DNA of 64,000 nucleotides, from the sequence record LC727698.1. One strand, given 5' to 3'. The position numbers and the translations under genes were made by a program. Shown here piece by piece: positions 50,450 through 59,287 of this stretch (its first letter is position 1; every line of letters begins with the position of its first letter). The notes beneath the pieces were generated by a model, which was given only the letters and a program-made list of their open reading frames with translations, ran no database searches and had not been told where the DNA came from.

Positions 50450-51075
50450 ATGCTGTCGTAACAGCTACTTTGTTCCATTCACAAGCAGCTCTGTTCCATT
50501 ATTGGATATTGGTAGTAGAAACTATCCCCATCGTGCCTACAGTATTGTTCTGTTAGAGACAGATTAAAGCATACAAAAGTAGGTTATTTAAATTATGATT
50601 TTGGGTGCTGAAGTATAGTCGTTAGACAAGGATATGTCTAATGTTGCAAAGGACTATGCGAAACGTATTATATATCTTATCCGATATTAGATATGTAATA
50701 AAAGGATGAAGCTCTGGTAGAAACAGAGTGTAATTCTTGCTTGTATTTCACACGGATATACAAAAGAATATACACACCAACTTCAGCATTGATGTAAATT
50801 TTCTAGCATAGGTATATAACATCGATGTTCCGGGATTCATTGGAAACAATGAGAGAATGATGTAATCTGAGGAAAAAGGTCCCCGCCTCGTCCATATTAC
50901 GAAATGGTTTTGAGTACTTATGCCCTCGTCCTATATTGGCATATGGGTTTTATATTTCTCCCGTAATTACGGGAGAATATAATTTCCTGAACCTACTTGG
51001 AAATGGACGCTTCTGCTGTGCTTCGCACAGCATCTAAGGGCCTTCACCCTTACCGCTAAGAGCAAGAGCAAAAGC
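50450..51075 (+). ncRNA. ~600-nt large structured ncRNA candidate
   Basis: Nested long-range helices 50577-50585/50990-50998 and 50606-50614/50780-50788; GAAA tetraloop hairpin 50837-50852; several local stems. Confidence 0.6.
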
Positions 51076-51309
51076 AATATAATTACAAATAAGAATTAAT
51101 TATTGTTTAGTTTTATCGTAATGAATATGAAGATAAAAACTAAACAATAATTCACATGTAGCGTTAGCTACTGTGAATATCTACTATAGTATTAACCATA
51201 TATGTATACAAGGGCATAATATGGCTGTTACTTGTTGACAATTTGATATATGTGTTACACTGCATAAATCAAATGTACATTACAATGTTTTGATTATTAG
51301 GAACATACT

Positions 51310-51900
51310 ATGTCATTTTCTTTGACTGCTGCTATTAATCGATATACTAGTCTAATAGAAGAAAATTTTAAAATAAGTTATCTGAGGCAATTTAGGTTAG
51401 GATATATCTCGTATAAATTATTAAGAAATAAAACATTATTACATACTGAAATATCACATAGACGTGATCATGTAGCGGTAATTACTTCTTATACATATGT
51501 AGAAAATAATGTCGAATTAAATAAAAAATCATCTTTTGCACATTCATATGTTGTTACTACCGATTGCTCTAAATTTAAAGTAGGAGATATAATACAGTTT
51601 TACGAGCTAATTCCTCGTGGAAATGTTTTTGATATTGAAGAGAATACTCAAATTGGCTGGTCCACCGCCAACATTGGAATTAACGAGAATCCGTTTAATC
51701 TTCAATATATTTCGAACAATAAGTATATTCGATTAGAAACAGGAGATATATTTGTCGGTATTAATGACAGTATGGTAAATGAACTACAAGAACATATGCA
51801 TGTTCATTCTATATGTACTAACGAAACAAAGAAGTTTTATGTAAGAGAAATTGATTTAAACATGCTACATTACAAAAACACATTATGGAATAAAGAATGA
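51310..51900 (+). CDS. Hypothetical protein
   Basis: 196-aa ORF with AGGA RBS. Confidence 0.65.
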   Translation: MSFSLTAAINRYTSLIEENFKISYLRQFRLGYISYKLLRNKTLLHTEISHRRDHVAVITSYTYVENNVELNKKSSFAHSYVVTTDCSKFKVGDIIQFYELIPRGNVFDIEENTQIGWSTANIGINENPFNLQYISNNKYIRLETGDIFVGINDSMVNELQEHMHVHSICTNETKKFYVREIDLNMLHYKNTLWNKE

Positions 51901-52445
51901 ACTACAAAGCATTAGAAGTATTTTATTTCTTTCTAGAACATTACAAGGTAAATCCAGTCGCCGACTTGGAATTTAAATTCGAACCCTCGGGTAGTGATGA
52001 TCAATCTAAGCGCAAGTCATCACTGTCGTTTGTTAAACGCATTGGTGTTCTTACTCCTTCATTTAACGAATTATACGAAGTTCAGAATCGATTCATGACA
52101 GATCTTCGAGAAATGAATGTAGTATATAAGATAGGATTTAATTATAATGCATTCAACGTATTAGCACCTTTGTATGCAAGATATGAAAAGAATGTAAAAG
52201 AATTTCGTCGACTTTTAAAGAAATATTCGAGTTTCAACGAAGTAACAGAATATTACAAAAAAGCCGACAACATGTTACCGGACAATGTATACGAAACAAT
52301 GAAGGAAGATTTTTCATTGTTTAATGACGTTACTACAAAGAGGTTATCTGAAATAAAACTTTGTTATCCTAATTGGCAAGTATGGGATTCTGAACATCCT
52401 AACTGGGAAACAATAAATCAACTTTATAAGAATGCAAAGAAATAA
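51897..52445 (+). CDS. Hypothetical helical protein
   Basis: 182-aa ORF, ATGA overlap. Confidence 0.7.
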   Translation: MNYKALEVFYFFLEHYKVNPVADLEFKFEPSGSDDQSKRKSSLSFVKRIGVLTPSFNELYEVQNRFMTDLREMNVVYKIGFNYNAFNVLAPLYARYEKNVKEFRRLLKKYSSFNEVTEYYKKADNMLPDNVYETMKEDFSLFNDVTTKRLSEIKLCYPNWQVWDSEHPNWETINQLYKNAKK

Positions 52446-52454
52446 TGCATATTT

Positions 52455-52480
52455 AGAAAGGGAATTATAATTCCCTTTCT
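52455..52480. terminator. Palindromic terminator
   Basis: AGAAAGGGAATTATAATTCCCTTTCT. Confidence 0.8.
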
Positions 52481-52496
52481 TTATGGATCTATATTA

Positions 52497-52521
52497 GCAA
52501 ATGCTAATTAATCTTATTTGC
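52497..52521. promoter_or_regulatory. Fur-box-like operator
   Basis: GCA-AATGCTAAT-T-AATCTTATT-TGC. Confidence 0.5.
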
Positions 52522-52573
52522 ACAAATTTAATCCTATTGTGTTTTCTATTTTGAAGTGCTACATTACATGTAG

Positions 52574-53161
52574 TTGCATAAAACTATATACAGGAGAAAT
52601 GATATGTGCTATGCATGGGATATCAAAGACGGGGATGATATCGAAGTCGAAGCAGTTATGGATGAACGAAGCTATGAGTGGACCGGCAAGTTACGTATCA
52701 TCCAGTATCGGACCCTTCAATCAGCTCAGTGGCGTGTTATTATCAATATAGTAGAATTTTGGAGTCATTCTACTGAAAGTATACTGAAAGAACTTGGTAT
52801 AGAAGCTAAACACATCACTAAAGGATATGCTACACTTAGTATGGTTCGTTTCCCGGAAGTTGATTACCTATTTGGTGTAACACCCGATAATGCAGATTAT
52901 GTAACTGTTAACCACAGTGCAGTAGATATTTCTGACAGTTGGTTTGTTGCAAAAAACATAAAAGCAGTTATGTATCATCTGGGATCTGAAATTCAGATCA
53001 CTCCGTGGTTTGTGCGTAAAGGTAATAACGAGTCAAACTTCGATTGTATTGATCGATTAGTAGCTCTAGTAAAAGAGAATACTGATGTTGACACGTATCA
53101 GTACATCAAAGTAGGTTGTCCTGAGGACAAGTCATTTTACTTTGCGTGGATAGACAAATAA
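52574..53161 (+). CDS. Hypothetical protein
   Basis: ORF; likely start at ATG 52604 after GGAG. Confidence 0.7.
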   Translation: MHKTIYRRNDMCYAWDIKDGDDIEVEAVMDERSYEWTGKLRIIQYRTLQSAQWRVIINIVEFWSHSTESILKELGIEAKHITKGYATLSMVRFPEVDYLFGVTPDNADYVTVNHSAVDISDSWFVAKNIKAVMYHLGSEIQITPWFVRKGNNESNFDCIDRLVALVKENTDVDTYQYIKVGCPEDKSFYFAWIDK

Positions 53162-53237
53162 TTCGTTTGCTATACGTACTAATACGTTGTATACTGTTAG
53201 TACGTATAGTAGAAGTAGCACATAACGTTTTGATTTA

Positions 53238-53501
53238 ATGGAGCCTAACATGAAAAAAGAATTTGAATCGTGGGTTCGGACTCGTTCTTCGGCACCGCTT
53301 GCGTATAATGCAGTTGACGACTTGTACCTCAACCCGCATGTTCAGGCACGCTACGAGGCTTGGAAAGCCAGTCGTGTGGCACTAAGGGTAGTGTTGCCGA
53401 AATCTCACATGGCGTCGGAATACGCGCCCAAAACAAAAGTTTTCAATACAACCGATATGGAACTGGCCCTCCAAGAAGCCGGTATCGAGGTAGTGAAATG
53501 A
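53238..53501 (+). CDS. Prophage-type hypothetical protein
   Basis: EFESW...Y....VQARYEAWKASR.AL.V.LP pattern recalled from Pseudomonas/enteric prophage ORFs. Confidence 0.7.
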   Translation: MEPNMKKEFESWVRTRSSAPLAYNAVDDLYLNPHVQARYEAWKASRVALRVVLPKSHMASEYAPKTKVFNTTDMELALQEAGIEVVK

Positions 53502-53764
53502 GCAGACTGACCGCTGAGCAAGCCCGTGACATAGCGCGAGCGAAAGACGATGTCGATGCCATCCTCAACGACATCGCCAAAGCAGCCGCAGAAGGAAAGT
53601 ACGTGTACACTACCCGCGCATATGGGTTCGGCATCGGCACCTCGCGGCGCAGCGAAGCGATCCTCAAAGTGTTGCGTAGCCTCGGCTACGACTGTGCGGT
53701 GCATGCCGAAGGACGCCAGTCTGTTGACCTGTGGCTCGAAGTAAAATGGGGAGACAAGCCATGA
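53498..53764 (+). CDS. Prophage-type hypothetical protein
   Basis: GC-rich; start MSRLTAEQARD at 53498 (ATGA overlap). Confidence 0.75.
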   Translation: MSRLTAEQARDIARAKDDVDAILNDIAKAAAEGKYVYTTRAYGFGIGTSRRSEAILKVLRSLGYDCAVHAEGRQSVDLWLEVKWGDKP

Positions 53765-54492
53765 CTGACACCAACAAAATAAAAAAGCTAGCAAAACTGG
53801 CTACGCCGGGTCCGTGGTATGCAACTTGGGAGGAAGGCGATGACATTGCATGGTCGAATCTGTTTCCTGTAATCCGAGCGGACAATGGCGAAGTCGTGAT
53901 CGGTAACGAAGGCTTTTACAGCGATTTGGAGCAGGACAAGGCTAACGCCACTTTCTGTGCTGCCGCCAACCCCCGAGCCGTCCTCGACTTGCTAGACGAG
54001 ATCGACAGGCTCAGGGCAGAGCGAGACGCCGCCCTGGCCAGGGTCGTAGAGCTGGAACGCGGCAAGGTCTACGTCGAAGCCCGGCAATGCGACGAGTGCC
54101 AGCATGTCGGGATCAACGATTCCGCCACGGTCGTGGCTGCCTGCCACGAATGCGATTGGACCGGACCAGAGCCAGAAGAGGATAAGTGCCCCGGTTGCCA
54201 GAGGGAGAATTGCATGGCCGCAGCCTGCCCGCAGTGTGGCGCCCGATATGTCCTTGTTGCCAGCGAAGAGATAGCCGCCCCTGTAGCCCAGGCTCAGCAC
54301 AGCGTGCCAGAGGAATGGCACTGCATGCTAGCGAATCTTCAGTGGCACTACGAGCCGTATGACGATCACTACCACCGTGACCAGGGCTTCTATTGCCCGG
54401 TCTGTGGCGGTGAGAAGGACGAAGGGCACAAGCAGGGTTGCAACCTGGCCAAGTTGATCGCCACTGCCGACCTCAAAGAAGACAAGAAATAA
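53761..54492 (+). CDS. Ead/Ea22-like protein with CxxC zinc-ribbon modules
   Basis: LAKLATPGPW...ANATFCAAANPRAVLDLLDEIDRL (ea22/ead signature); multiple CxxC; about 60% GC. Confidence 0.75.
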   Translation: MTDTNKIKKLAKLATPGPWYATWEEGDDIAWSNLFPVIRADNGEVVIGNEGFYSDLEQDKANATFCAAANPRAVLDLLDEIDRLRAERDAALARVVELERGKVYVEARQCDECQHVGINDSATVVAACHECDWTGPEPEEDKCPGCQRENCMAAACPQCGARYVLVASEEIAAPVAQAQHSVPEEWHCMLANLQWHYEPYDDHYHRDQGFYCPVCGGEKDEGHKQGCNLAKLIATADLKEDKK

Positions 54493-54533
54493 AATTCTAA
54501 ATTACTCGAACAAACATAATGGGAGCAGCATAC

Positions 54534-54764
54534 ATGAGCCTCAAATATAACGGATATGTCTTTAACATCGGTATCCTTGGCCAAAACGAAGCTATCAGTG
54601 AATACGCCTATCCCACCGATGATCCCGAAAGTGATAAAAAGAAAGCTTTTTTGACTGCAATGGCAAAATTCGTCGAATCAGATGATTTCGAGAAATTTAC
54701 TAATCAAATGTATAACAATTTCTCGATTAATGTTCAAGCACTAGTTTCTACGTCTACAGAGTAA
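54534..54764 (+). CDS. Hypothetical protein
   Basis: GGAG RBS before MSLKY. Confidence 0.65.
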   Translation: MSLKYNGYVFNIGILGQNEAISEYAYPTDDPESDKKKAFLTAMAKFVESDDFEKFTNQMYNNFSINVQALVSTSTE

Positions 54765-54769
54765 ATTAT

Positions 54770-54823
54770 CAGTATTGATGCTGATATAGACTATTACAGC
54801 TTCTTGTATCAGCATCAATACTG
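54770..54823. repeat. 17-bp perfect inverted repeat with 20-nt spacer
   Basis: CAGTATTGATGCTGATA ... TATCAGCATCAATACTG. Confidence 0.85.
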
Positions 54824-54976
54824 CAAAAAATAAAGAATAATTAATTCCAGTTCTTTGTTCCTGTATTAAGTGACAATAAAGAAGGCATAACTACTTTGTC
54901 TTTGATGATAAGTAGTAATTATCCTTACGATAACTACAAGAATATCGACTAGCTATTATGATAGAGGCAAAAATAA

Positions 54977-55153
54977 ATGAACATTTTAAAACATATATAT
55001 TGGGCTGTGCGTTATGGTGATTGGAATATAGGATGGGATCCGACTTGGGGTAGCAAACCTGATGAACCTTTTATTTGGTGTAAGCCGATATATTATGACG
55101 GACATCATTGCTACCTGCGAGTAGGCTACTTTTGGATAGGAGTAACATACTAA
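54977..55153 (+). CDS. Small Trp-rich protein (58 aa, missed by ORF track)
   Basis: GAGG RBS; MNILKHIYWAVRYGDWNIGWDPTWG...YYDGHHCYLRVGYFWIGVTY (hand translation). Confidence 0.65.
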   Translation: MNILKHIYWAVRYGDWNIGWDPTWGSKPDEPFIWCKPIYYDGHHCYLRVGYFWIGVTY

Positions 55154-55203
55154 CATTTACAATATATCTATAAAAGAATATATCAGTAACACAGTTGTTA
55201 AAT

Positions 55204-55228
55204 TGCAAACACTAATTAATCTTATTTG
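55204..55228. promoter_or_regulatory. Fur-box-like operator
   Basis: GCA-AACACTAAT-T-AATCTTATT-TGC. Confidence 0.5.
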
Positions 55229-55394
55229 CATTTGCTATCTTGTATAATAGAAACGACTTCTAAACATGGATATGAGATGGAAAACTTAGATAGGATCTCT
55301 GTTACAAATTTTTGAGTTACAATACATAGTAGTTTTGCTATTATGTGTTTATAGAAGTTTAATAACAGAACTAAAACATAAAGGATTGTCTGTC

Positions 55395-55736
55395 ATGAAA
55401 AGTTACGCAAAGTTTTATGTAGGGAAAAACATATATGATGCTGAAGTGCCGGATTTGGACATAAACATGTCAGATGCAGAACTTTTCGAAGTAGCACTGC
55501 ATCAAATGGCAGTACAGTGGTCTAGCACTGCCGGGCATCCGCATCACAAGGATGCAATGCGTAAAGACGGCAAGGTAGCCCGGAGTAAAGAACGGGTGTA
55601 TATTCGCGGCAACGGCTGGTCCGTTTCGTTACATAGTCCTGAATTTGTAGAAAAACATTCGGCATACCTTGCCGCAGCGGAGTGGAAACTACTAACAGAT
55701 TTGCTTGTGTTTGACACTTGCTGGAACGCTAATTAG
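55395..55736 (+). CDS. Hypothetical protein
   Basis: AAGGA RBS before MKSYAK. Confidence 0.7.
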   Translation: MKSYAKFYVGKNIYDAEVPDLDINMSDAELFEVALHQMAVQWSSTAGHPHHKDAMRKDGKVARSKERVYIRGNGWSVSLHSPEFVEKHSAYLAAAEWKLLTDLLVFDTCWNAN

Positions 55737-55763
55737 TAATTCTCTCTACACAGGAGAACGGCA

Positions 55764-56096
55764 ATGAATACTATAAGTGTAAGAAATATGCGTTATATTG
55801 TACGCGGTTTGGTTACTCATGCAATTGCCCGGGGTTATTCAGTTTCCGTTTATGAAGGGGGCGACTGGGCGATCGAGAAGAGTACTTCTGTAAAAGATAT
55901 TATGAATTCTATCATGTCTACTGACAGTGATACATTCTGTATCTATAATGCAGAGAAAGTGAAGGTAGGTCATGTATATTGCATTTATTGCAATAGTGAT
56001 TACGAAGTTATTGCAGATTACACCGATTCACCTCTTATGCAATCGATTCTCGTCGAAGCTCTACGCAGAGCAAATCGAATAGAAGAACTGAGCTGA
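55764..56096 (+). CDS. Hypothetical protein
   Basis: AGGAG RBS; GY.VSV.EG...IADY pattern recurrent in phages (recall). Confidence 0.8.
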   Translation: MNTISVRNMRYIVRGLVTHAIARGYSVSVYEGGDWAIEKSTSVKDIMNSIMSTDSDTFCIYNAEKVKVGHVYCIYCNSDYEVIADYTDSPLMQSILVEALRRANRIEELS

Positions 56097-56098
56097 GA

Positions 56099-56129
56099 AA
56101 AAGAAGCAGGAATTATTCCTGCTTCTTTT
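56099..56129. terminator. Palindromic terminator
   Basis: AAAAGAAGCAGGAAT-T-ATTCCTGCTTCTTTT. Confidence 0.85.
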
Positions 56130-56141
56130 GTATGTTACAAG

Positions 56142-56166
56142 TTAAACAAGATTAATTTGCATTTGC
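56142..56166 (-). promoter_or_regulatory. Fur-box-like operator (minus orientation)
   Basis: Reverse complement reads GCA-AATGCAAAT-T-AATCTTGTT-TAA. Confidence 0.45.
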
Positions 56167-56201
56167 TATGTAATAATATTTTCTATTGAATTAAATATTA
56201 C

Positions 56202-56438
56202 ATGTGTTACTATATGCACAATGCTGTTAAACAAAGCGATAAATTAATAATTATGGCAAATAAATTACATATCATCTGTGCAAAATGTAGTAGCACTCTT
56301 ATAAACATAAAAATACCAAAGGTATGTGCAGATGATCCATTAAATGTAGTATATTTTTCGTGCGAAAACTGTAAGGAACTTACAGGCATATACGAATGGG
56401 CAGAAACAAATAATCGCAAAGTAGTTGACGATAGGTAA
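56202..56438 (+). CDS. Small zinc-ribbon protein
   Basis: CAKC ... CENC; likely start MANKL. Confidence 0.6.
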   Translation: MCYYMHNAVKQSDKLIIMANKLHIICAKCSSTLINIKIPKVCADDPLNVVYFSCENCKELTGIYEWAETNNRKVVDDR

Positions 56439-56445
56439 GAAGTAA

Positions 56446-56751
56446 ATGGAAGCATATACAGATTGCCCTATCCTACTGATCGGTGATGCTCCGCACGAAG
56501 AAGCACCTATAAGAAAAATAATTATAAAAGGTTATGATTTTAAATATATCTGGGCAGTATACCATTATATGGATTTAATTCCTATAAGGGTTCAGATAAA
56601 ACGCTGTTATGTGTACGAAACTCCGGGTAGAGTAGGTTATGTAAAATCTATTAGGGAAGAAGTATTAAGAAAACGCAAAAAGAAACAACGTGACATATGT
56701 GAATACGATACATATCAAGATGAAGACGATTTTTGGAAAGGAATGTATTAA
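56446..56751 (+). CDS. Hypothetical protein
   Basis: MEAYTDCPI.L.GD.P..EAPIR...YDFKY motif recurrent in phages (recall). Confidence 0.7.
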   Translation: MEAYTDCPILLIGDAPHEEAPIRKIIIKGYDFKYIWAVYHYMDLIPIRVQIKRCYVYETPGRVGYVKSIREEVLRKRKKKQRDICEYDTYQDEDDFWKGMY

Positions 56752-56752
56752 A

Positions 56753-57046
56753 ATGCATAATACTCGTATTGTTGTTCGACTCAATGTTATCACTCCTATT
56801 TCAACTGCCAATGGCGTTGTAGTTGATTCGGTAGTCCGCGGGCATCGAGCAGGCATTAAGCAAGGCAAGCAAATGTATCATGTTTATTCTATTCAAACAG
56901 GCGAGTATCTCGGTTTGAAATCAGAAGACGACGTAAGCGAAATTAAACCGTCTTCGTATGAAGAATTTCTTACTCCGAGAACAATTACTTCAAACGAAGT
57001 AGAACAAATTAAATCTTCTTTCGAATGGTACGAAGCTAACGTTTGA
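56753..57046 (+). CDS. Hypothetical protein
   Basis: AAGGA RBS before MHNTRI. Confidence 0.65.
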   Translation: MHNTRIVVRLNVITPISTANGVVVDSVVRGHRAGIKQGKQMYHVYSIQTGEYLGLKSEDDVSEIKPSSYEEFLTPRTITSNEVEQIKSSFEWYEANV

Positions 57047-57047
57047 T

Positions 57048-57075
57048 AATAAAGGGGGAATTATCCCCCTTTATT
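57048..57075. terminator. Terminator
   Basis: AATAAAGGGGGA-ATTA-TCCCCCTTTATT. Confidence 0.85.
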
Positions 57076-57281
57076 TTTCTTTTATAAACATAAATAATTC
57101 GCATTTGCACTGAAGATGCTTTATAACGCATAAATTTACATAGCTAATACACACATATTGCTAACGTTAAAAAGCGCGTTATATAGCTTATAATTGCATA
57201 TTGTGCAATGCATTTGTTGGTGTTATATTAAACATGCGCAACAATCAACTATACAAAAACATTTATTATGGAGATACAACA

Positions 57282-57572
57282 ATGAAAAATACACTGTGTC
57301 TCGTTGCATTTTTGGGTCTCACAGTAATAGCTCATACTTATGCAGCAGATTCTGCAAATAAAGACGTGAGCACCCTGACTATGGAACAGGATCTAGAAAC
57401 ATATCTAAACGAAGAGTTTGGATTAACAGGGAAAGTTAATTGCAATAATGCTGTTAACGGAATGTTCGAATGTGTCATGCACGACGGACAAAAGAAATAC
57501 ATGTTTGCATGTAATGCAGAAGACAGTGTATGCATAGTAGTATCTGTCCCGATTAAAGGAATTCGGTTATGA
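57282..57572 (+). CDS. Secreted/periplasmic small Cys-containing protein
   Basis: GGAG RBS; signal peptide MKNTLCLVAFLGLTVIAHTYA-ADS. Confidence 0.7.
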   Translation: MKNTLCLVAFLGLTVIAHTYAADSANKDVSTLTMEQDLETYLNEEFGLTGKVNCNNAVNGMFECVMHDGQKKYMFACNAEDSVCIVVSVPIKGIRL

Positions 57573-57757
57573 AAAAAGCTCTTTCAAGTGTAATAGGCAT
57601 CATTGTTCTGTTACTAGGCGTATTTATGGTAGATAATCCTACAATAGGATTAATGCTAGGAGGGTTAGTAGGTAGTTATATTTTCAGCATAGGCGGAGTA
57701 ATTCTATGTGTTATATCGTTTATGATATTTGCACTTGCCTTTGTTGAGATGAAATGA
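57569..57757 (+). CDS. Small membrane protein
   Basis: Almost entirely hydrophobic, Gly-rich. Confidence 0.6.
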   Translation: MKKALSSVIGIIVLLLGVFMVDNPTIGLMLGGLVGSYIFSIGGVILCVISFMIFALAFVEMK

Positions 57758-57955
57758 ATGATTTATTTAAGTATTTGGACATTTGTATCTATAATAGTAT
57801 CGATATATCATAATATTTTAACTATAAAAATGCATAAACAGGTACTGTTGTATAAAGATTATACTTTTTATAAGGAAAGATTAGATTTTGTCTGTAATAG
57901 TTATATATTTTTCAATGTAATATTCTTCATTTTCATTGCATGCGTTACAAAATAG
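57758..57955 (+). CDS. Small membrane protein
   Basis: Two hydrophobic segments. Confidence 0.45.
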   Translation: MIYLSIWTFVSIIVSIYHNILTIKMHKQVLLYKDYTFYKERLDFVCNSYIFFNVIFFIFIACVTK

Positions 57956-57979
57956 ATCACAAAAAGTTTTAAAATTCAG

Positions 57980-58008
57980 TTTACAGCATGCATAGTTTTA
58001 CGTATTAT
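57980..58008 (+). promoter_or_regulatory. Sigma70 promoter in GA/GG-free island
   Basis: TTTACA-N17-TATTAT. Confidence 0.7.
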
Positions 58009-58054
58009 AAACACACAAAGCAATACAGCATAACGCATTGTAAGCAACACTAAA

Positions 58055-58280
58055 CGGGAGACACCGTCCCGCAAGCAGCCCGCCCGCGATGTTCGCGGGC
58101 TGCGGCAAACAGGTGTACAAGGTCTAGTAACGTGGAAGGCGCAGCATACCTTTCCCTAAATCGGAAATTGGTCAATGACGTACCTGCCCCTGGACACTGC
58201 TAGACCTTGCTGCTACAGGCGGGACAGCTACAAAGGTACACTGTATGTATCTATGCTTTACCCCGCTTTGTAGCAGGTCT
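58055..58280 (+). ncRNA. GC-rich multi-helix structured ncRNA candidate (~225 nt)
   Basis: Perfect helices 58066-72/58219-25, 58075-83/58095-103, 58118-27/58200-09, 58227-35/58266-74; no ORF; own promoter. Confidence 0.7.
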
Positions 58281-58512
58281 TAAAACGGTCTACTGGCATA
58301 TGCCTTAGTGCTAGTAGGAATCATTAACCTAAAACTATTATATGCTTCCTGGAGGTGAAGAGTATGCCGCCGCAGCATTAAATATACATTATGATGATGA
58401 TAATTATGAATGCCGAAACACCGCTTCGATTCGTTTAAAAGACAAATGTCTGAATCGAATGTTTTTGGGCAAAAAGGTCCCTTAGATGGGATTTTTTTGC
58501 GGCTGCTAACTA

Positions 58513-58537
58513 GCAAACGCGAATTAATCTTATTTGC
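58513..58537. promoter_or_regulatory. Fur-box-like operator just upstream of promoter TTGACT-N17-TACATT (58557-58585)
   Basis: GCA-AACGCGAAT-T-AATCTTATT-TGC. Confidence 0.5.
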
Positions 58538-58614
58538 AATTTAAGAAAAATACCAGTTGACTGTAGCTTGTTAACATAGTACATTTAACTCATAAATCCG
58601 CAGGAGTAGCAGTT

Positions 58615-58782
58615 ATGTCGCTGAAAAAGAAACTTTTAAATTCTGTGCAGATTAAATATTTCGGCAACATTTATACTTACATTTATGATGCCGTTCATGA
58701 CGTTATTTATTTCGATAACCAGCAAATGTCTTATGCTGAATTTGAAGAGGCAGTAGACTGTAAGCTAGGAGAAGTTCTGTGA
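58615..58782 (+). CDS. Hypothetical protein (55 aa, missed by ORF track)
   Basis: AGGAG RBS; MSLKKKLLNSVQIKYFG... (hand translation). Confidence 0.7.
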   Translation: MSLKKKLLNSVQIKYFGNIYTYIYDAVHDVIYFDNQQMSYAEFEEAVDCKLGEVL

Positions 58783-59054
58783 ATGAATATGTTGATACAC
58801 ACAGAGCTAAAAGAATACTAATAATTTCTTCTATATGTTTTTTTGTAACTGGCATTCTGATAGGATACAGCCTAGCGTCGAATTCTGAGTCTGCTTCGTT
58901 ATATATGCAGTATAAAGAACTTGTAAAGTCTTGCGAAGCAGAATTGCCAAGAAATGAAAATTGCCAAGTAATCGTATATGCTATACCAACACCCGAAGTA
59001 GAAGAAGAGAAACTAGAAATACAAACAATTCTTAAAGGGGTCGAAATAAAATGA
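58779..59054 (+). CDS. Membrane-anchored hypothetical protein
   Basis: TM helix; CE.ELPRN.NC motif. Confidence 0.7.
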   Translation: MNEYVDTHRAKRILIISSICFFVTGILIGYSLASNSESASLYMQYKELVKSCEAELPRNENCQVIVYAIPTPEVEEEKLEIQTILKGVEIK

Positions 59055-59287
59055 GCGTATACTGTAATTGCATAGCATGCGGTGGAGATGATCCGTATGC
59101 TGTATGTGAAAATGTGTTAATGGATATCCAAAAGCACAAATATAATACTGGTCCCAGCTGGGGGCTGGTAGTTGCGGCAGTATTGTGTTTAGTAGGAATG
59201 GGATTAGCAGGTAACGCAGCACTATCTGATAAAAAAGAAACACCGTGCGAAACTACACAACAAAAACAAGAGGTGTATAATGAGTAA
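59051..59287 (+). CDS. Small Cys-rich membrane protein
   Basis: CNCIAC, C-terminal TM helix. Confidence 0.6.
   Translation: MSVYCNCIACGGDDPYAVCENVLMDIQKHKYNTGPSWGLVVAAVLCLVGMGLAGNAALSDKKETPCETTQQKQEVYNE

Noticed and set aside
50867-50910. Hammerhead ribozyme (CTGAGGA...GAAA) or RNase P (GAGGAAA..GTCC) core
   Set aside because: No stem II between the motifs and no flanking stems I/III; the RNase P motif is imperfect and in the wrong position.
58342-58485. tmRNA tag-like peptide (GGEEYAAAA)
   Set aside because: The frame continues past AAAA without a stop, and no tRNA-like acceptor or T-arm ends flank it.
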